This document shows positions 1-7,501 of a DNA stretch of 32,000 bases, piece after piece. Both the position numbers and the translations under genes were made by a program. Source of the DNA: Promethearchaeota archaeon (GTDB taxonomy: Archaea; Asgardarchaeota; Odinarchaeia; Odinarchaeales; JBHLKK01); contig JBHLPL010000009.1 of NCBI GenBank assembly GCA_048939465.1, positions 308 through 32,307 on the forward strand. Reading direction: 5' to 3'. Each line of letters opens with the position of its first letter. Positions within the stretch are counted from its first letter, which is position 1. Under the pieces are notes generated by a model. It saw only the letters and a program-made list of their open reading frames with translations. It had not been told where the DNA came from and ran no database searches.

Positions 1-1
1 G

Positions 2-1042
2 ACGGGCGATAAAGGAATCTCTCAGAAGGAACAAACGAGAATACTGCAGGAATTTAGGTCAGGAGAGACTAACGTCCTTGTGGCTACAAGTGTTGCTGAG
101 GAAGGTTTGGATATTAGTGAATGTGATCTGGTTGTTTTCTATGATTGTGTACCAAGCTCAATTCGGGCAATTCAGCGTAGAGGACGTACGGGAAGGAGAA
201 TGACGGGGCACGTGTACATTCTAATAACTCGAGGCACGAGGGACGAGGCATATTATTGGTCCGCATTCCATAAGGAAAGAAGGATGTATGGCATATTGCG
301 CGGTATGAAGAAAACATCTAGAGAGCTTTCTAAAGAGAGAGGAGAACAACATCCTTTGGAACGATTCATAAGAGATGGTGTAGCTGAAACTGGTCTCAGC
401 ATTGTGACTGATTATAGAGAGATGAATTCACCAGTTGTCAAGGAATTGGCCCGTCTAAAGATCGGAGTAAAACCCGCGCAGTTGGCGGTTGCAGATTATA
501 TAGTATCGGAAGATGTAGCAATAGAACGAAAGACTACGGAAGATTTCCTTCAATCATTGGTTGATCAGCGGCTGTTTAGACAATTGAAAGACATGATACA
601 AGAATATGGGAATTCACTCCTAATAATAGAGGGCGAAAAACTATATGGGCTGAGAGCAATCAATCCGAATGCTATTAGAGGAGCTCTTGCTAGCATAGCA
701 GTCGATTTCCGAATGCCAATACTCTGGACAAAAACACCAGTCGAGACCGCAAGACTGTTATCGGTTATCGCCCGGAGGGAGCAAATAGAACGAGACAAGG
801 AGATCTCTATTAAGGGCGAGAAAGCGCCGCTAACGATAGGTGAGCAGCAAGAGTACTTGTTATCAAGATTGCCGGGAATCAATAGAAAACTTGCAGGGAG
901 ATTACTAGTGCATTTTGGAAGCCCAGAACAGGTTTTTGCTGCTACTGTTGATGAACTCCAAGAAGTTCACGGCATAGGAAAGAAGACTGCAGAGAGAATA
1001 CGCCAGATACTAACGTCGAAATATGCTGATGGAAAGTCATGA
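2..1042 (+). CDS. hef: Hef/FANCM-like helicase-nuclease, 5'-truncated by the window edge (SF2 helicase C-terminus + ERCC4/XPF nuclease + HhH)
   Basis: Frame open from base 2; helicase motifs V/VI (VATSVAEEGLDI, QRRGRTGR), ERCC4 motif (DY..ERKT..DF), C-terminal HhH (PGI..., VHGIGKKTA). Confidence 0.92.
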   Translation, partial: TGDKGISQKEQTRILQEFRSGETNVLVATSVAEEGLDISECDLVVFYDCVPSSIRAIQRRGRTGRRMTGHVYILITRGTRDEAYYWSAFHKERRMYGILRGMKKTSRELSKERGEQHPLERFIRDGVAETGLSIVTDYREMNSPVVKELARLKIGVKPAQLAVADYIVSEDVAIERKTTEDFLQSLVDQRLFRQLKDMIQEYGNSLLIIEGEKLYGLRAINPNAIRGALASIAVDFRMPILWTKTPVETARLLSVIARREQIERDKEISIKGEKAPLTIGEQQEYLLSRLPGINRKLAGRLLVHFGSPEQVFAATVDELQEVHGIGKKTAERIRQILTSKYADGKS

Positions 1043-1384
1043 TTTTTGAATGCGTCTTATTTTTTCAAGAATATCCAGCAGTTCGTTCAGAAGTTTTGCA
1101 ATCGAGCGGAGCTTTTCAGGATCTTTCTCCTCCTCCATTCTTTTATTGAGATCCTGAAGTTTGGAGGACACGATTTCATCCATCCGAGGGAGCAGAACGC
1201 TTGAAACAACAGAGCTGCTTTCCTCTCCCTCTTTTACGATCAGCACCTTTTTGTCACAAGTAGGACAGTAAATATCTCCGTGTACTTTGAATAAAGGAGA
1301 AGCGCATACAGGGCAAGAATTCGAGAGCATAGTTGCGCCAGACAGAAGTAATTCTACCATCTTGTTGGTTTTCTTCTTTTTCAT
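1037..1384 (-). CDS. UPF0148 / Sjogren autoantigen p27-like zinc-ribbon protein
   Basis: LLLSGATMLSNSCPVCASPLF...YCPTC double CxxC pattern followed by a coiled-coil-like tail. Confidence 0.8.
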   Translation of the reverse strand: MKKKKTNKMVELLLSGATMLSNSCPVCASPLFKVHGDIYCPTCDKKVLIVKEGEESSSVVSSVLLPRMDEIVSSKLQDLNKRMEEEKDPEKLRSIAKLLNELLDILEKIRRIQKS

Positions 1385-1466
1385 TTCTCGTCACCATATA
1401 AGAACGTTTAAGAATATCTTTAATTACTTTTTCATACAACTCAAATTTAAGCGAGGTCGTATAACA

Positions 1467-1770
1467 ATGGATGAGGAAGCGGACGAGAAGGTAAATCAAG
1501 CAATGACAGTATTAGGCATGATAGCTGAAGATACCTCTGTCCCCAGAAACATCAGACGTGCAGCAAATGAGGCTACTGATGCACTTCAAGACTCCAAGAT
1601 TGAAAGTATGGCTGTGAGGGCATCAAATGCGATATCGATTCTCGACGAGGTATCTCAAGATCCAATCCGTTAAGAGTGTCCTCTTGGCGGGGATAAACTG
1701 CCCCTTACACGCCAGAACAAAAATATGGAATGTAGTGAGCATACTTGAAACCGTCAAAGACTATGAATAG
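1467..1770 (+). CDS. UPF0147 family protein, intron-containing: join(1467..1665,1697..1770), 90 aa
   Basis: Exon 1 has EDTSVPRNIRRAA...RASNAISILDEVSQDP. The unspliced frame stops at TAA 1671. Removing 1666-1696 gives [26 protein letters not shown], the expected family C-terminus. SD-like GAGGT upstream. Confidence 0.9.
1666..1696 (+). other. 31-nt BHB intron in UPF0147 mRNA
   Basis: Central helix ATCC(1660-63)/GGAT(1691-94); 3-nt bulges AAT(1664-66) and AAA(1695-97); intron stem CCGTTAAGAG/CTCTTGGCGG (10 bp, 2 GU) with TGTC loop. Cutting after the 2nd nt of each bulge restores the frame. Confidence 0.88.
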
Positions 1771-1970
1771 CCTTGAGAAATTCAGCTCCTCTCTATTTAA
1801 TACTACCTGAGATTTCTTTTATTCCTTCTTGTTTCATATCAATAGTCCAGGATTTCACTATCAAGTAGCTGGACTTCGCACCGCGGAATCAATTTCACTT
1901 CAGAAGAATTACCTGATTCCGAGAAAAGAATTAATAAATGGCTAATTAGAAAGTACTCTCGGAATGCTGT

Positions 1971-2152
1971 GCCGGGGTAGCCAAGTGGTCTACGGCGCTG
2001 GCCTCGAGAGCAGCTAACATAAAAGGAAGAATACATAAAAGACAACGGAAATCCTTTGGGACAGATTGAACAAGAAAGTCAGTGACGCAGTAGCGTCTCG
2101 CGGGTTCGAATCGGCGCTACATTACGCCGCGAGAATCCTGCCCCCGGCGCCA
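1971..2152 (+). tRNA. tRNA-Ser(CGA) with two introns (37/38: 2009-2076, 68 nt; 59/60: 2111-2135, 25 nt), CCA encoded
   Basis: Acceptor GCCGGGG/CCCCGGC; D arm GCC/GGC; anticodon stem CTGGC/GTCAG with CT-CGA-GA; long variable arm GACGC-AGTA-GCGTC; T arm GCGGG-TTCGAAT-CCTGC after removing a well-formed BHB intron (H TTCG/CGAG with one GU, bulges AAT/AAT, stem CGGCG/CGCCG). Confidence 0.93.
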
Positions 2153-2231
2153 CTTAATACAACCCATGTTACCGATCAATTAGTGCATCAATCAACACGA
2201 GTCGGGATTGGAGGGTTGGTGTTGAGGCTGT

Positions 2232-2547
2232 GTAGACTGCCCCCCGCTTTCGCAGGGAGCCTTCCATCAGAGGTTGAGTATGGTGCACCGCACCACGCAA
2301 CCCCACCGTCAACAGGACGAAAGAGCCTGCCTACAGGGACTCCAGCTCTGGTAAACTGGGAAAAGACGTTGTACCCTCGAACTTCCCGCACCTTATCTCA
2401 TCAATCCCCCCCGCGGGTCATTAACCGTTTCCACATGGGAGAAAAGCGTGCCTTTAGCCCTATTCGAATATATTGCAAGAATGTAGAATGTACTTGGAGA
2501 CGGTTCAATCACTCTCCGCCCTTCCGGACGGAGTTTCCTTGAGGTGG
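2232..2547. repeat. por-associated ~300-nt element, copy C (upstream of porG; most diverged)
   Basis: Begins GTAGACTGCCCC like copy B; shares GGTC...ACCGTTTCC...GCCTTTAG and the terminal hairpin + CTTGAGGTGGTTCA with copy A. Confidence 0.7.
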
Positions 2548-2552
2548 TTCAG

Positions 2553-3113
2553 GTGTATGAAATTCGCTGGCATGGTCGAGGAGGACAAGGTGCAGTAACA
2601 GCATCCTATGTTCTCGTAGATGCCGCATATAGAGACGGCTATGAAGGCGTTCAGTCTTTTCCTTTTTTCGGTGCTGAGAGGAGAGGGGCACCAGTTAAAG
2701 CGTTTACTAGAATTTCAAAGACGATGATATATTCCCGCTGCCAAATTTATGAGCCTGATGCGATCATAGTTTTGGATCCTACTTTGCTGGATATTGTCGA
2801 TGTTACGGAAGGATTGAAAAGAGGCGGAGTCATTGTAGCCAATGCAAATGAGGTTCCAAAGAAATGGAGAAACAAGAATTGGAAGATATACATAGTTGAT
2901 GCTACTGCAATAGCGCTAGAAGTCGGCTTGATCGTAGCGGGATCCCCTGTATTAAACACGCCGATGCTGGGCGCATTTGCTAAAGCAACGGGATTAGTAA
3001 GGCTGGAGAGAATCAAGGAAGCGATAAGCAATAAGTGGAAAGGCAAGGCCGGAGAAAGAAATATAAAAGCGGCAGAATTAGCATATGAACAGTGTAAATT
3101 GGTAGTATCTTAG
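2553..3113 (+). CDS. porG: 2-oxoacid (pyruvate-type):ferredoxin oxidoreductase gamma subunit
   Basis: YEIRWHGRGGQGAVTAS...FPFFGAERRGAPV motif; GTG start at 2553 after SD GAGGTG (2541-46). Confidence 0.93.
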   Translation: MYEIRWHGRGGQGAVTASYVLVDAAYRDGYEGVQSFPFFGAERRGAPVKAFTRISKTMIYSRCQIYEPDAIIVLDPTLLDIVDVTEGLKRGGVIVANANEVPKKWRNKNWKIYIVDATAIALEVGLIVAGSPVLNTPMLGAFAKATGLVRLERIKEAISNKWKGKAGERNIKAAELAYEQCKLVVS

Positions 3114-3129
3114 GCTAGGGGGACTTATT

Positions 3130-3462
3130 CTGAATTCTGGAACTCGGCAAAAGAGTCTGGTTCTTGGAAAGACTGCTAAGACCAAGAAAAAGAAAGCAGG
3201 AATTAGACCTGACGCAATACCTTTATCAAAGCCTGGCAGGGGATCTTACGGCAGAACCGGAGATTGGAGAACCTTCAAGCCGGTAATGGATAAAGAAAAA
3301 TGCAACAAATGTATGCTCTGTTGGCTTTATTGTCCAGAAGGAGTAATAGATCAAGGGAAAGAAGGATATCCGAAAATCGATTATATGTATTGTAAAGGTT
3401 GTGGCATTTGTGCTCAAGAATGCCCATCCAAGTGCATAGAAATGGTGAGAGAGGAAAAGTAA
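3130..3462 (+). CDS. porD: Oxidoreductase delta subunit (2x[4Fe-4S] ferredoxin-like); start codon uncertain; not in the ORF track
   Basis: Translates ...TGDWRTFKPVMDKEKCNKCMLCWLYCPEG...DYMYCKGCGICAQECP...EEK*. Frame is open from 3106 but has no ATG/GTG/TTG before the conserved core; CTG 3130 follows a GGGGG SD-like run. Confidence 0.85.
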   Translation: MNSGTRQKSLVLGKTAKTKKKKAGIRPDAIPLSKPGRGSYGRTGDWRTFKPVMDKEKCNKCMLCWLYCPEGVIDQGKEGYPKIDYMYCKGCGICAQECPSKCIEMVREEK

Positions 3463-3753
3463 ACTATTCCTCTCCTGTCGAAGGAGCTTATGACTATGCT
3501 AGACCTCAATTCCCGAGCGGGCTTTGGTTCCGGTACACGCCAAATCAGGGGGCAGTTTACATCGTCCCAGCCCACTAGTCCCCATATAACGTCGGGGTTT
3601 ATAGTTTATTTCACACATCTTCCCCACAGGTCGGTGACCGTTTCCGCGTCAGAGAGGGGTGCGCCTTTAGATATTTCAGCAAATATATAACAAACGTATT
3701 TGAAGGCCACTAAATTCCTCTCCTCCCTTTCGGACGGATTCTCCTTGAGGTGG
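3459..3753. repeat. por-associated ~300-nt element, copy A (porD-porA spacer)
   Basis: Shares AAGGAG(C/T)TTATGACTATG, GCCAAATCAGGGG, CGTCCCAGCCCA, AACGTATTT and TGAGGTGGTT with copy B; collinear. Confidence 0.85.
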
Positions 3754-3758
3754 TTCAA

Positions 3759-4970
3759 ATGAAAACACAGATTATGACGGGAAATACGGCTGCAGCGTAT
3801 GCTGCCAAATATGCGAGAGCACAAGTTATCGCTGCTTATCCCATAACACCACAAACCACAATCGTAGAAGCGATAGCGAGTCTCATAGATGAAGGTGAAA
3901 TGGAAGCAGAATACATTCGTGTCGAGAGTGAACACAGTGCTATGGCAGCTTGCATTGGTGCTGCCGCTACTGGAGCCAGAGCATTTACTGCAACATCATC
4001 CCATGGCCTTACTTTGATGCATGAAATGCTTCATTGGGCTAGCGGATCTAGGTTGCCCATTGTTATGGCAAATGTCAATCGAGCCATGGGACCGCCGTGG
4101 AATATATGGCCCGATCACAATGATAGCATATCACAAAGAGATGTTGGATGGATACAATTCTATGTCGAAAACAATCAAGAGGTATTCGATACGATCTTAC
4201 AGTGCTACCGGATTTCTGAAAACCAAGAAGTTCTGTTGCCCTCCATGGTGAACCTCGACGGCTTTATTATTTCTCACACCTCTGCCCCGCTAAGCTTACC
4301 TGGTCAAGAAGAGGTCGATGAATTCATACCGGACTATAACCCAAATCCGGAGAAACAACTTGTCATGGATACTCACAAACCAGTGACACATGGCAACATC
4401 ATTATGGTTAACAGTCCAGACGATTGGTATTATGAGTATCGTTATATGATTCACGAAGCTATGATGAACGCCAAGAAGGTCATTCAAGAAGTTGTAGAGG
4501 AGTTTCACAGAAGATTCGGTAGGTCACACGGGGGATTGGTTGAAGAGTATAAATGTAAAGATGCAAACCTGATTTTAGTATCCATGGGAACTATTGCAAG
4601 CCAGGCTAAAGCCGCTATCGATGAGTTGAGACAGGAAGGATACAAAGTGGGAGCTCTCAAGCTAAGGGTTTTTAGACCATTTCCTAGGGAGGAGTTCCAA
4701 AGACTGGCAGATAGAGTCGAAGCCCTTGCGGTGATAGACAGGAACATATCTTTTGGAATGGGGGGTGCAGCTTCCGCAGAGATTAAGGCTGCATTATACA
4801 ATCACAAGAAACACCCATTAATCTTGGAGAACATCGCAGGAATAGGAGGGAGAGACGTGACATCCTCCGATATTAAAAAGATGGTTCTGGGTGCATTAGA
4901 AGTGCTAGAAACTGGTAAAACAGGAGAGGATATTAATTGGCATGGCCTCCGAGTGGGAGAAATGAAGTAG
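3759..4970 (+). CDS. porA: Oxidoreductase alpha subunit
   Basis: MTGNTAAAYAAK...YPITPQT...ESEHSAM...ATSSHGL...NRAM motifs; ATG 3759 after SD GAGGTG. Confidence 0.95.
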   Translation: MKTQIMTGNTAAAYAAKYARAQVIAAYPITPQTTIVEAIASLIDEGEMEAEYIRVESEHSAMAACIGAAATGARAFTATSSHGLTLMHEMLHWASGSRLPIVMANVNRAMGPPWNIWPDHNDSISQRDVGWIQFYVENNQEVFDTILQCYRISENQEVLLPSMVNLDGFIISHTSAPLSLPGQEEVDEFIPDYNPNPEKQLVMDTHKPVTHGNIIMVNSPDDWYYEYRYMIHEAMMNAKKVIQEVVEEFHRRFGRSHGGLVEEYKCKDANLILVSMGTIASQAKAAIDELRQEGYKVGALKLRVFRPFPREEFQRLADRVEALAVIDRNISFGMGGAASAEIKAALYNHKKHPLILENIAGIGGRDVTSSDIKKMVLGALEVLETGKTGEDINWHGLRVGEMK

Positions 4971-5259
4971 ACTGCCCCTCCGATAAGAAAGGAGTTTATG
5001 ACTATGTTTGACTACAATTTCTTCAGGGGGTCCGGTTGCATCACATGCCAAATCAGGGGACGGTTTATAGCGTCCCAGCCCAGTGACCCGCACACAGCGT
5101 CGAGGTATGTAGTCTCTTTCACCCATGCTCCTCATCCGTTATTAGCCGCTTCCTCCCTCCGAGAGCGTACCTCTGAATCCATTAGCACGGTTGAAACGAA
5201 CGTATTTAAGGACCGCCCAATTGATCCCTTACTTTTCGGAAAGAAACTTCGTGAGGTGG
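4967..5259. repeat. por-associated ~300-nt element, copy B (porA-porB spacer)
   Basis: Collinear homology with copy A; like copy A it starts at the upstream gene's stop codon (AAG TAG ACT vs AAG TAA ACT). Confidence 0.85.
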
Positions 5260-5263
5260 TTTG

Positions 5264-6169
5264 ATGAACTCAATATTAGGACTTCCGAGGAAGGAACTCG
5301 TGTATAAGGGAAATAGCGCGTGTATGGGTTGTAGCGCTGTATTGGCAATGAGACATGTGTTAAAAGCTCTAGGTGAGCAAACTGTCATGATCATACCGGC
5401 AGGCTGTAGCACAATAATTCAGGGTCTCTATCCAAAAACTGCTATTGGCGTTCCTCTGCTCAACATCGCTTTCGAGGCTGCTGCAGCTGCGGCCTCCGGC
5501 ATTACAGCAGGATTTAGAGCTCAAGGAAAGAAGGACATTACTGTGGTAGCGTGGGCAGGAGATGGAGGGACATTTGATATTGGACTTCAGGCATTAAGTG
5601 GTGCGGCAGAACGTCAGACGAATATGATTTACATATGTTATGACAACGAGGCATACATGAATACGGGAATTCAACGTAGCGGCGCAACCCCCTACGGAGC
5701 CATAACGACCACGACGCCGGGAGGAAAGAGACTACCTAAAAAGGACCTTGATGCGATTGTCTTGGCTCACGACGTACCTTATTTGGCAACTGCCAACATA
5801 GGATACCCACAGGACCTCTATAGGAAAGTCAAAAAAGCGAAAGAAAAGGAAGGATTCAGATTCATCCACATACTAAGTCCTTGCCCCCCAGGATGGAGGT
5901 TTGATTCAAGTCTTACAGTCACCCTGGCGAAGTTGGCGGTTCAGACTGGCATATGGGTACTGTTTGAGGTGGAAGACGGCAAATTCAGACTTTCAGGACC
6001 AAGCAAGAGACTGCTGGACCCGAATAAAAGAAAGCCTGTCGAAGATTATCTGAAGCTTCAGGGAAGATTCTCAGAGCTCACAGGTGAGGATGTGAAAGAG
6101 ATAAATAGAGAGATCGTGGAAAACTGGCAAGAAATAAACAGAAAAGTCTCTCGAGCAGAAGGAGTGTAG
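5264..6169 (+). CDS. porB: Oxidoreductase beta subunit (TPP-binding)
   Basis: ACMGC, AGC, GDGG...DIGLQALSG...YDNEAYMNTGIQRS TPP-binding motif, CPPGW. Confidence 0.95.
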   Translation: MNSILGLPRKELVYKGNSACMGCSAVLAMRHVLKALGEQTVMIIPAGCSTIIQGLYPKTAIGVPLLNIAFEAAAAAASGITAGFRAQGKKDITVVAWAGDGGTFDIGLQALSGAAERQTNMIYICYDNEAYMNTGIQRSGATPYGAITTTTPGGKRLPKKDLDAIVLAHDVPYLATANIGYPQDLYRKVKKAKEKEGFRFIHILSPCPPGWRFDSSLTVTLAKLAVQTGIWVLFEVEDGKFRLSGPSKRLLDPNKRKPVEDYLKLQGRFSELTGEDVKEINREIVENWQEINRKVSRAEGV

Positions 6170-6381
6170 AAAGAGATTCAGAGACGAAATGATATACTAC
6201 GTTATAGGACAAAGTAAGATGTTGTATGCCGACGTATTACGTTCTACGATTGCAGGAGGAGTACTGAGGGGTATTGGTTTCTTTACGCAAGATTTTTAAG
6301 AAGATACAATAAATAAGAATCACCTCTTTAGAGGTTTTCAACTTCAAGTATAAAATCAGAGCCAAAATGGGGTGAAGTCTA

Positions 6382-6684
6382 ATGACAGAGAACACAATCT
6401 TTGTTGGAAACAAACCAGTTATGAACTATGTTTTGGCATGCGTAACTCAGCTGAATCAAACCGACATGGAAGAAATAGTCATTAAAGCAAGAGGACGGGC
6501 GATTAGTCGCGCAGTTGATGTTGCAGAGATACTCAGAAATCGATTCATGACCAATGTTGACGTAAAAGACATAAAGATCAGCACTGAGCAAATTAATACC
6601 GCAGAGGGCGGAACAGCAAACGTCAGTGCAGTCGAGATCTCGCTGGGTATGAAAGCTGCCAAACCTAGTAAAAAGAAGAAGTAG
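6382..6684 (+). CDS. albA: DNA/RNA-binding protein Alba
   Basis: [12 protein letters not shown]...[16 protein letters not shown] signature; Lys-rich C-terminal tail. Confidence 0.96.
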   Translation: MTENTIFVGNKPVMNYVLACVTQLNQTDMEEIVIKARGRAISRAVDVAEILRNRFMTNVDVKDIKISTEQINTAEGGTANVSAVEISLGMKAAKPSKKKK

Positions 6685-6709
6685 AAATACCTTCTAAGGC
6701 AAAGGGAAC

Positions 6710-6729
6710 TCTTTTTTCTTTTTCTTTTT
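6710..6729 (+). terminator. Oligo-T archaeal terminator-like tract after alba
   Basis: TCTTTTTTCTTTTTCTTTTT ~25 nt downstream of the stop, in the gap between convergent genes. Confidence 0.5.
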
Positions 6730-6775
6730 AGTTGTATGACCTTTCAACACAAATATGAAGACGATGGGAATTTTG

Positions 6776-7336
6776 TTACCCAAGAACGTATCCAATTTGT
6801 TTGACAAGTTCACGACGTTCTTTGCGTTGATCGTCTGTTTCTATTCTTTTCACAGATTGTCCGTCCACAAAGCCCAATACTGCACGGCCTTCCACACCAT
6901 TGATGCCCACTTCTGCGACTATTACCTTGCAGCGATTCGCAGTTGCGCCGTAGACTATCGCGACATGTGGTAATAGCTTGATACTATTTAGAACATTAAT
7001 CGGCCATGCTCCCTGAATCATGATTACAAATACATGACTTGCCCCGATATTTCTGCAGTTTTCAGCCGTCAATTGCTCTAGTTCGGGGTCGTTACTATTG
7101 ACACGGGTAAGTCTGGGATCTGCTTCATTCATTGCACAAGCAAACTTCACATCACCAGTAGTTACTCCCGGAACTGACATCTGAATGGTCCGGAAGAGGT
7201 CGTCAACAAGTTTTACTGAGAAATTGGGGTCCCTCTACCTCTTGTATTGATCTTAAAGGGATTTCCCCTGTCCGACAATTATCTGATGCTCGGGTTCCTT
7301 CTTAATGTCTATTGAAATGAGTTTTATTTCGCTCAA
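6776..7336 (-). CDS. Adenosine-specific kinase family (DUF355-like) protein, intron-containing: complement(join(6776..7223,7263..7336)), 173 aa
   Basis: SD AAGGAGG then TTG 7336: MSEIKLISIDIKKEPEHQIIVGQG|NFSVKLVDDLFRTIQMSVPG...NEADPRL...GAWPINVLNSIK...ATAN...GRAVLGFVDG...RRELVKQIGY. The ORF track captures only the exon 2 part. Confidence 0.88.
7224..7262 (-). other. 39-nt BHB intron in adenosine-specific kinase family mRNA
   Basis: Minus strand: helix GGGG/CCCC, bulges AAA and AAT, intron stem TCCCTTTA/TAGAGGGA (8 bp, 1 GU). Contains in-frame TAA and TAG; splicing yields GQGNFS. Confidence 0.9.
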
Positions 7337-7501
7337 CTCTTGACCTCCTTTTCAATATCATGGATTAAGACATTATTTCAATCAGACTGTAATAAATCCT
7401 TTTGAAATCCTTTTTATCTAGGTAAACCTTTTTCCCTAATATTCAGATGAATGAGGAGACTGATTGCATTCATAAGTGCCAAAAAAGAATATAAGAAGGA
7501 A

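Noticed and set aside
1844-1875. Hairpin AGTCCAG/CTGGACT as a third mRNA intron
   Set aside because: No 3-4-3 BHB register on either strand and no recognisable interrupted protein.
2009-2076. Nested intron inside the long tRNA intron (AAAGGA/TCCTTT stem)
   Set aside because: The flanks do not form a 4-bp central helix with 3-nt bulges.
2200-2547. Spacer element read as RNase P RNA, SRP RNA, cobalamin/TPP riboswitch or group I/II intron (fragments such as ACTGCCCCCCGC, CAGGACGAAAGAGC, CCAAATCAGGGG, GGAAACGG)
   Set aside because: Only isolated words match. The P4 pseudoknot, SRP helix 8 geometry, B12 box context, CTGAGA, P7 and domain V could not be built or are not conserved across copies.
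6189-6267. C/D box sRNA or 36-aa ORF between porB and alba
   Set aside because: The C box has two mismatches, no C'/D' pair is evident, and the ORF has no family signal.
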